64,000 bases of DNA from Bacillota bacterium. GTDB lineage: Bacteria > Bacillota > JAAYKD01. Positions 9,821 to 22,688 of this stretch are shown here, one piece after another; position 1 is the first letter of the stretch, and the number at the start of each line of letters is the position of its first letter. The position numbers and the translations under genes were made by a program. The stretch covers positions 1,088,001 to 1,152,000 of the forward strand of contig OY762825.2 of assembly GCA_963666425.2 (NCBI GenBank), read 5' to 3'. The notes beneath the pieces were generated by a model. The model was not told where the DNA came from. It saw nothing but the letters and a program-made list of their open reading frames with translations, and did not search any database.

Positions 9821-10131
9821 CACAACTTTCGTCAGTTCCTGCTCCGCAGCAATAAAAAGGTTTTGGCAGAGGCTCTTTTTAGTGGTAATGGGCTACCGCA
9901 TCAACAAATTGCACAACAAGATTCAACAAAATCGCACCGGCAGACAATTGTTTAAAAAACTTACGGCTTAACAATAGTAAAAATCAGAATATTTCCTGTT
10001 TTGGAGTGAGATTTTGTCTGACCTTTCTATTTTTGTCTGCTATTTTTCATATTAGCTTGTTTTTCGTTTGTGGAAAACGGGACTGTAGCAAAAAAAAGGG
10101 ACTGTAGCAATTTTTGTTTTGCTACAGTCCC
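9821..10131 (+). mobile_element. IS1182-like transposase 3' remnant and right end
   Basis: Translates HNFRQFLLRSNKKVLAEALLVVMGYRINKLHNKIQQNRTGRQLFKKLTA*, resembling IS1182 transposase C-termini; ends in repeated GGGACTGTAGCAAAA / TTTTGCTACAGTCCC motifs. Confidence 0.78.
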
Positions 10132-10245
10132 TGCTTATATGCAGAATAGACCAATAGGTTCAATAGCTGCAGTTATCCGCTGCCAGCTGATGCGATACAA
10201 ATTCGTGAGCAGTATCATATTAAACTATCTAGTCTATAGGTGTGT

Positions 10246-13080
<2,835 letters not shown>

Positions 13081-13091
<11 letters not shown>

Positions 13092-13851
13092 AGTTTTTCT
13101 CCGCTTTGGTGATAATGCTCAAGAATTCTTCAGCCATTAAACAGGCTCCACCCACCAAAGCCCCATCAATCTCCGGCTGCAGCATATACTCAAGAATATT
13201 ACCGGCTTTCACGCTGCCTCCATAGAGAATCCGAATTTCTGCAGCCCAGCGATTGCCAAATACGCTGGCACAAGCTTCGCGAATAGCCGCAATCATTGCA
13301 TTTGCCATGGAAGCGCTGCAATTCTTGCCGGTTCCAATCGCCCAAATTGGTTCGTAAGCGATAATTATCTGCTCCGGCTTCAATTCAGCTAAATCACCGA
13401 TGACGTGAACCACTTGGTTTATGACAAATTGCGTCGCTTTACCAGCCTCCCGAATCGCAAGGCTTTCACCTACACAGAGCACAGGTACCAGCTCGCTGGC
13501 TAACGCCGCCTTTACTTTCTCCTGCACAAAGTCATCCGTTTCTGCCAGGAGTGTTCGGCGCTCGCTATGCCCAACCAATACATATTGACAACCGGCTGCT
13601 TTCAGCATGGGGGCTGAAATTTCGCCTGTATAAGCACCCGAATCGACCGGATAAACATTTTGCGCTCCGATTGACCAGTTCGTCTTGGGCAGGATCAGCG
13701 CAGACTGTGGAATCATCAGGTAGGGAGGGCAAATCACCGCTTCTACTTGGCCGGACAATTCAGCCGCAGCCAAGGCTTGCAAAAGATCAAGCGCTGACGT
13801 TGCAGCAGGATTCATTTTCCAGTTTCCGATAATCAAAGGCTTTCTCATCAT
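13081..13851 (-). CDS. tpiA: Triosephosphate isomerase
   Basis: GNWKMN, GHSERR, AYEPIWAIGTG, LYGGSV. Confidence 0.98.
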
Positions 13852-13857
13852 AACACC

Positions 13858-15039
13858 TTAACGATCCAGCAGACAGGCGACACCGGGCAGAATCTTACCT
13901 TCTAAAAATTCTAGAGAGGCTCCGCCACCGGTAGAAATATGCGTCATAGCGGCTGCAAAACCAGCTTTTTCGACGGCGGCAGCAGAATCGCCTCCACCAA
14001 TAATGGAAATAGCAGAGGATTCTGCAATTGCTTTCGCAACAGCAAAGGTGCCGGCAGAGAATTGATCAATTTCAAACACACCCATCGGTCCGTTCCAAAT
14101 CACCGTTCCGGCATGAGCTAAAACCTGAGCAAAGGAAGCTACTGTGAGTGGACCGATATCGAGTGCCATTTCATTGTCAGCGATCGCATTTGGCAAGACC
14201 ACTCTGGCTACAGCATCAGCCGATAGCGCGGTCGCCACGACCAAATCCTGCGGCAGCATTAACGCTACTTTTTTCTCCACTGCTTTGGCCATAATCTCCT
14301 GGGCTACTTCTACTTTGTCCGCTTCCACCAGAGAAGCCCCCATCCTGATTCCTTTGGCCAAGAGGAACGTATTCGCCATGCCGCCACCAATGATCAATCC
14401 ATCCACCTTATCAAGCAAGTTCATCAAGACAGCAATTTTATCTGATACTTTTGCTCCCCCAATCACTGCAATAAAAGGCCGCTTGGGCTGTTCCAGCGCC
14501 ATACCCAAATACTCCAGTTCCTTCTCCATTAAAAGCCCGGCACCGGCAGGCAGATACTTTGCTACCCCAACCGTAGTAGCATGAGCACGATGGGCAGCAC
14601 CAAAGGCATCATTGATAAAAAGATCAGCATAAGAAGCCAACTCTTGAGCCAAGGCGTCTTCATTCAGTTCCTCACCAGGATGAAAACGACTGTTCTCCAA
14701 TAAAAGCACTTCGCCGGATTTTAAGTCAGCTGTAGCTTGTTTTGCGATTGGACCCACAAATTCCCGACAATATTGCACCGGCAGTTTCAGCAGTTCTTCC
14801 AGTCGTTCAGCAATTTTATTTAGACGATATTTTTCATTGATTTTCCCCTTCGGACGTCCAAAATGGCTGGTAAGGATAACGGCAGCGTGATGCTCCAGTA
14901 AATACTGTATGGTAGGTAAAGCGCCACGGATTCTGGCATCATTGCTGATTTCACCCTGCTCATCGGTCGGAACATTAAAGTCCACTCTCACCAAAACCTT
15001 TTTTCCAGTTACATCAAAATCACGAACTGTTTTTTTCAA
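13858..15039 (-). CDS. pgk: Phosphoglycerate kinase
   Basis: RVDFNVP, GGAKVSDK, WNGPMGVFE, STGGGASLE; TTG start. Confidence 0.98.
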   Translation of the reverse strand: MKKTVRDFDVTGKKVLVRVDFNVPTDEQGEISNDARIRGALPTIQYLLEHHAAVILTSHFGRPKGKINEKYRLNKIAERLEELLKLPVQYCREFVGPIAKQATADLKSGEVLLLENSRFHPGEELNEDALAQELASYADLFINDAFGAAHRAHATTVGVAKYLPAGAGLLMEKELEYLGMALEQPKRPFIAVIGGAKVSDKIAVLMNLLDKVDGLIIGGGMANTFLLAKGIRMGASLVEADKVEVAQEIMAKAVEKKVALMLPQDLVVATALSADAVARVVLPNAIADNEMALDIGPLTVASFAQVLAHAGTVIWNGPMGVFEIDQFSAGTFAVAKAIAESSAISIIGGGDSAAAVEKAGFAAAMTHISTGGGASLEFLEGKILPGVACLLDR

Positions 15040-15165
15040 AACGATTAATCCTCCTTACTGAAGTTTAAAAAACAAAGCGGCTCCTGCATAAGCCGCCTTG
15101 TCCTTATTTCTTACTGCTTCACCGCTAAAGTAAAATCCGCTCTCTCTGGCCGCGGTACGTCAATC

Positions 15166-16170
15166 TTATAAACCTTGGCGGGCAATAAAGGCAGCCATGT
15201 CGCATAAACGGCAGGTATAACCCCATTCATTATCATACCAAGCCAGCACTTTCACTTGATTGCTGCCCATAACCATCGTTAAAGGTGCATCGACAATCGC
15301 ACTGTAATTGGTACCTTTCAGATCGATGGAAACGATCGGATCGTGACTGACCGTCAAAATACCTTTCATCTCGCCCGCAGCAGCTTCTTCAAAAGCCGCA
15401 TTGACGGATTCTACGCTGACAGGTTTTAGGGTATCCACTACCAAATCGACAATAGAAACAGTAGGAGTGGGAACGCGCAAAGCTAAACCATCCATCTTTC
15501 CCTTTAACACAGGTAAGACGGAGGCCAGCGCTTTTGTAGCACCACTGGTCGTTGGAATGATGGATAGGGCTGCAGCACGGGCTCTTCTTAAATCCTTATG
15601 AGACTTATCCAAGATATTCTGATCATTGGTATAAGAGTGAATCGTAGTCATAAAACCTTTTTCAATTCCGAATTTATCCTGCAGCACTTTCGCTACCGGA
15701 GCTAAACAGTTGGTAGTGCAGGATGCATTGGAAATGAGATAATGATTTTTAGGATCATACATCTCTTCGTTGACTCCCATTACCAAAGTGACATCCTCAT
15801 GCTTGCCGGGTGCCGATAAAAGAACTTTCTTTACGCCAACTTGCTGATATAAAAGCGCCTTTTGCTTCTCCGTAAATTTACCGGTACAATCGATCACCAA
15901 TTCAACGCCTAAATCCGCCCAAGGTAAATTCTGAGGTTCTTTTTCTTGCGAATAACGGATTTCTTTATGATTGATGATCATCATGTTAGGTTTCGTTTCA
16001 ACTGTACCATTCCATGTACCATAGCTGGAATCATACTTAAATAAATAAGCTGAACTCTCAACCGGACCGTTGCTGTTGATGGCAACCAGTTGAATATCCG
16101 AACTGTCTACCAGCATGCGAGTTGCCAGACGTCCTATTCGTCCAAAACCGTTGATGGCGACTTTAACCAT
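15166..16170 (-). CDS. gap: Type I glyceraldehyde-3-phosphate dehydrogenase
   Basis: INGFGRIGR, ASCTTNCL, WYDNEWGY. Confidence 0.97.
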   Translation of the reverse strand: MVKVAINGFGRIGRLATRMLVDSSDIQLVAINSNGPVESSAYLFKYDSSYGTWNGTVETKPNMMIINHKEIRYSQEKEPQNLPWADLGVELVIDCTGKFTEKQKALLYQQVGVKKVLLSAPGKHEDVTLVMGVNEEMYDPKNHYLISNASCTTNCLAPVAKVLQDKFGIEKGFMTTIHSYTNDQNILDKSHKDLRRARAAALSIIPTTSGATKALASVLPVLKGKMDGLALRVPTPTVSIVDLVVDTLKPVSVESVNAAFEEAAAGEMKGILTVSHDPIVSIDLKGTNYSAIVDAPLTMVMGSNQVKVLAWYDNEWGYTCRLCDMAAFIARQGL

Positions 16171-16380
16171 AGTGAATAACCCCTTTCTGATTGTGAAATG
16201 AACTATATTATATCAATTCGCTTTTTAGTAGTAAAATCCTCTTTTCAAAACGTATAATGTACTGTATATTCGAGTTGGGATATGCATTCTTTTAGGGTTA
16301 TGACATCATAAATAATATAAACCTCAGATAAAATCTTTGCAGGATAGATAACAGAAGAGAAAATTGCTGTTTTTTGTACA

Positions 16381-16423
16381 ATAAAAAACTGTCCTGCTTT
16401 TATAAAAAGCAGGACAGTTTTTT
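16381..16423 (-). terminator. Terminator of four-gene operon copy A
   Basis: AAAAAACTGTCCTGCTTTT-ata-AAAAGCAGGACAGTTTTTT perfect inverted repeat right after the stop codon. Confidence 0.85.
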
Positions 16424-16426
16424 GAA

Positions 16427-17074
16427 TTATACCTTTAGCAAATGGAGCCAATCACCAAACAGGAAGGTCAAACGACCGATCAACAGAGAAATACGAGCCA
16501 TAACGGTATTACCGAATGATGCGCCGAAGCCGATCATAATCGCGATACGGCCCCAATTGGCTGCATATTTGAAAACACCTTTGCGTTCGATCGTAAAGAA
16601 GAAGTAAATCAGAACGCCAAGAACAATCGTGACAAAGAGTATATTGTTGAAACTGTTCCAAATATCCAAACTGCCTTTGGTCATCACAACCAACGGTTTG
16701 ATGGACTGGGTCATCTGGGTGAAGAACGGGATAACCTGACGAGCGGATAACACCAAAGCGGCGTTATAACCAATCCAAAAGGCCATCGGGATACGAGCGA
16801 TCCAAGCATACGGACGATACATATTGAAGTAAATCAAAAGACCGATAACCATCGGGATAATTTCCCACCAAGTGCCGGCTGTCGGCATCGAGGTGATGGC
16901 AGGTTTTACGGTGTTGTTCCAGGTGGTAACAATACCATGTGCCGCAGAGGTACCAACATACAGATGCTCGGCAATACGATAAATCGGATTTTCTTTATAC
17001 AGTATCGAAAACAACATCAGGGTTACTAAGGCAGAAAGCCAATTTCCCAGTGTCGGAGTTAAAATAGCTTGCAT
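16427..17074 (-). CDS. Uncharacterised polytopic membrane protein (gene 4, copy A)
   Basis: 215 aa, about 6-7 hydrophobic segments; YKENPIYRIAEHLYVG and MIGFGASFGNTVMAR motifs; GGAGGTG RBS; paralog at 20497-21144. Confidence 0.88.
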   Translation of the reverse strand: MQAILTPTLGNWLSALVTLMLFSILYKENPIYRIAEHLYVGTSAAHGIVTTWNNTVKPAITSMPTAGTWWEIIPMVIGLLIYFNMYRPYAWIARIPMAFWIGYNAALVLSARQVIPFFTQMTQSIKPLVVMTKGSLDIWNSFNNILFVTIVLGVLIYFFFTIERKGVFKYAANWGRIAIMIGFGASFGNTVMARISLLIGRLTFLFGDWLHLLKV

Positions 17075-17093
17075 TATGAAAGTCACCTCCTAA

Positions 17094-17930
17094 TTATTTT
17101 ACTTCTCCTGCTTTTCTCGCTGCGAAGTAACCAATATTACCCAAAATCAAGAACAGAATGATAACAACATGTCCCATTGATTGAGAGTCCATACCGCCAG
17201 TAGCAGCACCCAATTTTCCGGCAATTTTCTCTAAATAGGCAGCACCGGAAAGTCCGGAGACATTACCTTTGAGTAAGCCGGCTTGATAGTAATTGGTCAT
17301 CGTCGGAGTATTGACAGCCACAGAGGAACTAACGATTGGAACACTCTCAGTGGAATTCCATTGTTGAATCCAGGCGGTCGGACCGGGATCGCCGGAATTG
17401 AAAGTAACAACACAGGTAAAGTCTTTTGCCTTGGTTACATTCTTCATCATTGGGATTGTAGTTAATTTAGCACCGTTGGCATCAACACCGCCATTGCAGG
17501 CGCCATATAAGTCAGTTCTGGACTGTTCCAAGAAAGACTGATAGCTTGGCTGATAACCAAGGTTGCAATAATCAACGCCATATTCGGCCTTGTATTCGGT
17601 AGTAATCGGATCTCCCCAGATCTTGGCAAAGCTATTTCCTTCAGCCCATAAAGCGATAAAATAAACTTTGTGGCCAAGTTCAAATGATTTTCTCACCAAA
17701 ACATCAAAAGCCGGTTTTAATTCGGTAATACCGGAAGCAGATGTGTCGAGAGAATACAATATCTTAGATCCTGCAGGCAAACTGGTTATGTAGTCGTAGG
17801 CTGCTTGGGTTGGTTCATCGGAAGGAACCGGCAAACCCAAAGGATAAAACATGGGAATGGCAATTGCCAGAACCATGATGATATACAGAACACGACGGTC
17901 GATCCCCATTAATCTTTTATACCACGGCAT
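17094..17930 (-). CDS. Uncharacterised protein, TM-soluble domain-TM (gene 3, copy A)
   Basis: 278 aa; basic N-terminus, TM, ~210-aa soluble domain, C-terminal MDSQSMGH + TM; GGAGG RBS; paralog at 21164-22000. Confidence 0.88.
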   Translation of the reverse strand: MPWYKRLMGIDRRVLYIIMVLAIAIPMFYPLGLPVPSDEPTQAAYDYITSLPAGSKILYSLDTSASGITELKPAFDVLVRKSFELGHKVYFIALWAEGNSFAKIWGDPITTEYKAEYGVDYCNLGYQPSYQSFLEQSRTDLYGACNGGVDANGAKLTTIPMMKNVTKAKDFTCVVTFNSGDPGPTAWIQQWNSTESVPIVSSSVAVNTPTMTNYYQAGLLKGNVSGLSGAAYLEKIAGKLGAATGGMDSQSMGHVVIILFLILGNIGYFAARKAGEVK

Positions 17931-17968
17931 ATTGATTGTGCCTCCTTTTTGTTATTACAGCGAGTCGA

Positions 17969-18592
17969 TTATTCTGCCATATAACCACGTTCGATACCGA
18001 ACAGGTTACGAGCACCTTGTGCGAATGCACCAAGAGCTACACCAAGAGAAACGGCACGAATTACCGGTGTGTTGAAGTAGTTCATGATCCAAACTTTCGC
18101 CTGCGGTAAAACAGGTGAAATCGCAGAACCAATGGATGTGCCGCCCAACATTACGATGCAGGCAGATAAGAGAAGCGCTGTCGCTTCCAAACTGCGAGCG
18201 CGGAATGCACGGTAGGCTGCTGAGCCAATATAGAAGCACAGCAATGCAAAAACGGTGGAACCGCCGGTTACAGCAGTGTTCTGGTAGAACCAGTTATAAG
18301 TAACACTGTTATGGCCGCCCGGTAAAGTAACGCCCAAAACCATCAACAAGACAAAACCAAAGATCAGAATCAGACTGTTAATCCAGCCGTCGCGTCTACG
18401 GGCAACTCTGTGCCAATGCACACGCATCAAGGAAATACCACCCAAAGCAATGGCCGTTGCGACGGACAAAGTCTGGCTGCGAACCAAATAGTTCTGAACT
18501 AATGTGTTGAAAGCCGGTGAAATGAAGATATCTTTTAGTATAACGATCAAACCAGTCACCAATGTGATTACCATCGGCAATGTTCTACGCAT
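17969..18592 (-). CDS. Uncharacterised polytopic membrane protein (gene 2, copy A)
   Basis: 207 aa, about 6 hydrophobic segments; SAAYRAFRARSLEA motif; GGAGGTG RBS; paralog at 22036-22659. Confidence 0.88.
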   Translation of the reverse strand: MRRTLPMVITLVTGLIVILKDIFISPAFNTLVQNYLVRSQTLSVATAIALGGISLMRVHWHRVARRRDGWINSLILIFGFVLLMVLGVTLPGGHNSVTYNWFYQNTAVTGGSTVFALLCFYIGSAAYRAFRARSLEATALLLSACIVMLGGTSIGSAISPVLPQAKVWIMNYFNTPVIRAVSLGVALGAFAQGARNLFGIERGYMAE

Positions 18593-18621
18593 AGATTACA
18601 CCTCCTGTTGTTAGTTTCTCT

Positions 18622-19476
18622 TTAATACAGTTTCAATAAATCCATGATCACATTCGTTTTCACGCCTGTGAAGGAACCAATCGTTGCCGCGATAACGCCG
18701 AGAACGATGATGATCAAGGTGAATTGTTTTCCCCAGTCCTGAACGACAATAGTTGCCAAGCGGACTCTGTCCTGACCTAAGTAAGCACCGGCAACGTAGA
18801 TTTCTTCACCAATCAAGCAATAGTCGCAAGCAACGATGAAGAAAGGAGTCTGGCTGGTAGAACTGGTAGCTGCGACCTGAATCGCGCCTGCCTGGTTGCC
18901 GGCTTCGGCGAATACCAAAGATTCAGCATAGAACAGACCGAACATAACCAGAGCAGCAACGCCTTCACGGTTCATGATACCGACTACGCCGGCGGCATAA
19001 CCGAATTGGTCATTGGTTAAGAAACGAACATCATCTTCACGATACGCATCCGGTTTGCCCACTTCAAAATAAGCGGCGCGAACAACGGATTCGGTAATCG
19101 GCTGGACAGACGGTGTACGGTTGCAGACGATCATACGAGCGTCGTATTTCGCAATCAATTTGGCGACATGGCCCAATACGTTGAAAGAGGCTAAGGTATC
19201 AGCAGAGGTTAAGTCACCAATACCAGGGCTATACAGAACGGGACGGCCCATTTCTGTTGCACGGCCAACTACTTCGTCAACGGCATCCAAACCGGCAATC
19301 CGGCGAACCTTCGGAATCGCACCTCCGGTGCGGGCTTTCTTTACCATGAGCAGCAGTGCCGCAACATAAATGATCAAGAAAAGTGTAGATGACAAACCGA
19401 GATTTCCATTGCTGTACAGCCATTTGGAAAAGAACGGTTTGATTGAAGTTGCAATATTTTGCATAAACGGTGTCAT
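18622..19476 (-). CDS. DUF6754-like protein (gene 1, copy A)
   Basis: 284 aa from MTPF (GGAGGTG RBS); RRIAGLDAVDEVVGRATEMGRPV and CDYCLIGEEIY motifs recalled as DUF6754; N- and C-terminal TM helices. Confidence 0.8.
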   Translation of the reverse strand: MTPFMQNIATSIKPFFSKWLYSNGNLGLSSTLFLIIYVAALLLMVKKARTGGAIPKVRRIAGLDAVDEVVGRATEMGRPVLYSPGIGDLTSADTLASFNVLGHVAKLIAKYDARMIVCNRTPSVQPITESVVRAAYFEVGKPDAYREDDVRFLTNDQFGYAAGVVGIMNREGVAALVMFGLFYAESLVFAEAGNQAGAIQVAATSSTSQTPFFIVACDYCLIGEEIYVAGAYLGQDRVRLATIVVQDWGKQFTLIIIVLGVIAATIGSFTGVKTNVIMDLLKLY

Positions 19477-19758
19477 AAGTTTGCACCTCCTGTAAGATTT
19501 TACAATGTATTGAATAAAATAAACAGATGATAACATGATATACTGGAAAGTTTGAAAGAGAATTTTTGTTTGATCAATGCCGCCTTTACTTTCACCTCCC
19601 TGACAACACGTCTGTATGCGATTTTCAAAAACAATAATAAGATCGGCAATTTAGAAAATATCTACCAATTTTATGAATTGTTTTTGATACTTAGATAAAT
19701 ATGACGCAACCATGAATTTTCTACAATGATTTACGCAGCAATATCTAAGAACGCGCTT

Positions 19759-19787
19759 ATAATAAGCCATAAATCAAAATCTGTCAA
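19759..19787 (-). promoter_or_regulatory. sigma-A promoter of copy A
   Basis: TTGACA-17 nt-TATTAT, about 280 nt upstream of the start codon. Confidence 0.65.
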
Positions 19788-20421
19788 ACTATTTTTTTCA
19801 AATTTTCTGCCATCTTTTATTTAATCTTTGTGAAACGCCTAAAACCTTCATATTCATTCAATATATTTGATTTATGAGAATTATTGCTCTTTTACATAAA
19901 ATATTCATAATATTTTAGCTATTTTATTCACATTAAGCGGTTACTGTTTTCGAATTTTTCGATATACTTCATTTCATTTTAAAAGATTTATATTCGTTTC
20001 ATGTCACCATATGATCCGAAAAAATGTTTATTATCAATATTTTGTAATAACTATGATATTTACGCGTGAATATATGCTTTAAATTGATAGTAGCATCAAA
20101 TTGATAGAATTTGATTATTTACCTCTAGATGGCAAATTCTCAATAATATATTAAGACAACAGCTACAAAGTAAAAACATGTTGCTGTTGTTCGCTTTTTC
20201 TGCTTTAACAGACTCATTCGTTGAGCAAACCGATGATATCTACAATAAATTAATAGCAAAATCACTATTCGCATTGGATAAATCGTATTTGTCCACTAAA
20301 AAACCAGATTAAGACCCGAACTGGTTTTTTCATAAGCCAATCAGACAAGTAAAACGATATTTGCTTTATCCTTCAGACTTTTTCAATCGTTTCTCCTGTC
20401 TGGTGAGTAACAGTACAACAT

Positions 20422-20469
20422 AAAAAAGCCCCTTAATCAAAAGATTGCTCTTTTAACTAAGGGGTTTTT
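20422..20469 (-). terminator. Terminator of four-gene operon copy B
   Basis: AAAAAAGCCCCTTA...TAAGGGGTTTTT imperfect inverted repeat after the stop codon. Confidence 0.7.
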
Positions 20470-20496
20470 GATCATTTAATGCTGCAATTTACTCGA

Positions 20497-21144
20497 TTAT
20501 ACTTTCAGTAAATGGAGCCAGTCGCCAAACAGGAACGTCAAACGACCGATTAATAAGGAAATACGAGCCATAACGGTATTACCGAATGATGCGCCAAAAC
20601 CGATCATGATAGCGATACGGCCCCAGTTGGCTGCATATTTGAAAACACCTTTGCGCTCGATGGTAAAGAAGAAGTAAATCAAAACACCCAAGACAATGGT
20701 GACAAAGAGGATATTGTTGAAGCTCAACCACCAGTCAAAATTACCCTTTGTCATTACAACCAATGGTTTGATGGACTGGGTCATCTGGGTGAAGAACGGA
20801 ATAACCTGACGGGCGGATAACACCAAAGCGGCGTTATAACCAATCCAGAAGGCCATCGGAATACGGGCAATCCAGGCATACGGACGATACATGTTGAAGT
20901 AAATCAAAAGTCCGATTACCATCGGGATAATTTCCCACCAGGTGCCGGCTGTCGGCATCGAGGTAATGGCAGGCTTTACGGTGTTGTTCCAAGTAGTGAC
21001 AATACCATGAGCCGCTGAGGTGCCAACATATAGATGCTCTGCAATACGGTAAATCGGATTTTCTTTATACAGTATGGAAAACAACATCAGGGTTATTAAG
21101 GCCGAGAGCCAATTTCCCAGTGTTGGAGTAAGGATAGCTGCCAT
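20497..21144 (-). CDS. Uncharacterised polytopic membrane protein (gene 4, copy B)
   Basis: 215 aa; 6 substitutions vs copy A by manual comparison. Confidence 0.88.
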   Translation of the reverse strand: MAAILTPTLGNWLSALITLMLFSILYKENPIYRIAEHLYVGTSAAHGIVTTWNNTVKPAITSMPTAGTWWEIIPMVIGLLIYFNMYRPYAWIARIPMAFWIGYNAALVLSARQVIPFFTQMTQSIKPLVVMTKGNFDWWLSFNNILFVTIVLGVLIYFFFTIERKGVFKYAANWGRIAIMIGFGASFGNTVMARISLLIGRLTFLFGDWLHLLKV

Positions 21145-21163
21145 TTTTCAAGTCACCTCCTGT

Positions 21164-22000
21164 TTATTTAACCGCGCCTGCTTTTCTGGCTGCGAAGTAA
21201 CCAATGTTACCCAAGACTAAGAACAGAATAATAATGACATGGCCCATCGATTGTGAGTCCATACCACCGGTAGCGGATCCTAATTTGCCGGATAATTTCT
21301 CAATATAAGCAGCGCCGGCTAAACCGCCGACATTACCTTTCAGTAAACCGGCTTGGAAATAATTCTCCATGGTCGGTGTGGATACTGAGGTGCAGGCTGA
21401 AAGGATCGGAACACTTTCGGTTGCATTCCACTGTTGAATCCAAGCGGTCGGACCGGGATCACCGGTGTTGTAAGACATAACAGCGTCAAAATCTTTTGCT
21501 TTTGTTACGTTCTTCATCATCGGGAAGGTGCTCAGCTTGGCGCCGTTGGCATCAATGCCACCGTTGCAGGCAGTATACAAATCTGTTCTGGATTGCTCCA
21601 ACCAAGATTGATAACTGACCATGTAACCTAATTTAATATAGTTCACACCGTAAACAGCCTTATATTCCTCGGCAATTGGGTCCATCCAGATAGAACCAAG
21701 GTTATTGCCCTCAGCCCATAAAGCCATAATAAATACATTATGACCTAATTCAAAAGACCTTCTGGCCAGAACATCTGCGGTCGGTTTTAATTCAGTTAAG
21801 CCGGATGCAGATAAGTCAAAGGAATACAGTACATTCGATCCTGCTGGCAGGTTGGAAATATAATCCCAAGTAGACTGAGTGGCAGCATCAGGCGGTACCG
21901 GCAAACCTATCGGGGAAAACATGGGAAAGGTAATCCCGACGGCTAAAATAATGTATAGAATACGACGGTCAATCCCCATTAATCTTTTATACCACGGCAT
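21164..22000 (-). CDS. Uncharacterised TM-soluble domain-TM protein (gene 3, copy B)
   Basis: 278 aa from MPWY (AAAGGAGG RBS); about 72 substitutions vs copy A. Confidence 0.88.
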   Translation of the reverse strand: MPWYKRLMGIDRRILYIILAVGITFPMFSPIGLPVPPDAATQSTWDYISNLPAGSNVLYSFDLSASGLTELKPTADVLARRSFELGHNVFIMALWAEGNNLGSIWMDPIAEEYKAVYGVNYIKLGYMVSYQSWLEQSRTDLYTACNGGIDANGAKLSTFPMMKNVTKAKDFDAVMSYNTGDPGPTAWIQQWNATESVPILSACTSVSTPTMENYFQAGLLKGNVGGLAGAAYIEKLSGKLGSATGGMDSQSMGHVIIILFLVLGNIGYFAARKAGAVK

Positions 22001-22035
22001 ATTGATTGTGCCTCCTTTCATTTGTAAACGAGCAC

Positions 22036-22659
22036 TTATTCTGCCATATAACCACGTTCGATACCGAACAGGTTACGAGCACCTTGTGCGAATGCACCAA
22101 GAGCTACACCAAGAGAAACGGCACGGATTACCGGTGTATTGAAGTAGTTCATGATCCATACTTTAATCTGCGGTAAAGCCGGAGAAATCGCAGAACCAAT
22201 GGATGTGCCGCCCAACATTACAAAACAGGCAGATAAGAGAAGCGCTGTCGCTTCCAAGCTGCGGGCGCGGAATGCACGGTAGGCTGCCGAACCAATGTAG
22301 AAGCACAATAAAGAGAAAACAGTGGAACCGCCCGACACGGCAGTATTCTGATAGAACCAGTTATAAGTAACACTGTTATGGCCGCCCGGTAAAGTAACGC
22401 CCAGAACCATCAACAAGACAAAACCAAAAATCAGAATAACGCTGTTGATCCAGCCGTCACGTCTGCGGGTAACTCTGTGCCAATGCACACGCATCAAGGA
22501 AATACCACCCAAAGCAATGGCCGTTGCGACGGACAAAGTCTGGCTGCGAACCAAATACTGCTGAACTAAAGTATTGAAGGTTGGGGAAATAAAGATATCC
22601 TTCAGTATAACGATGATACCAGTCACCAATGTGATTACCATCGGCAATGTTCTACGCAT
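22036..22659 (-). CDS. Uncharacterised polytopic membrane protein (gene 2, copy B)
   Basis: 207 aa; 10 substitutions vs copy A. Confidence 0.88.
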   Translation of the reverse strand: MRRTLPMVITLVTGIIVILKDIFISPTFNTLVQQYLVRSQTLSVATAIALGGISLMRVHWHRVTRRRDGWINSVILIFGFVLLMVLGVTLPGGHNSVTYNWFYQNTAVSGGSTVFSLLCFYIGSAAYRAFRARSLEATALLLSACFVMLGGTSIGSAISPALPQIKVWIMNYFNTPVIRAVSLGVALGAFAQGARNLFGIERGYMAE

Positions 22660-22688
22660 AGATTACACCTCCTGTTGTTAGTTTCTCT

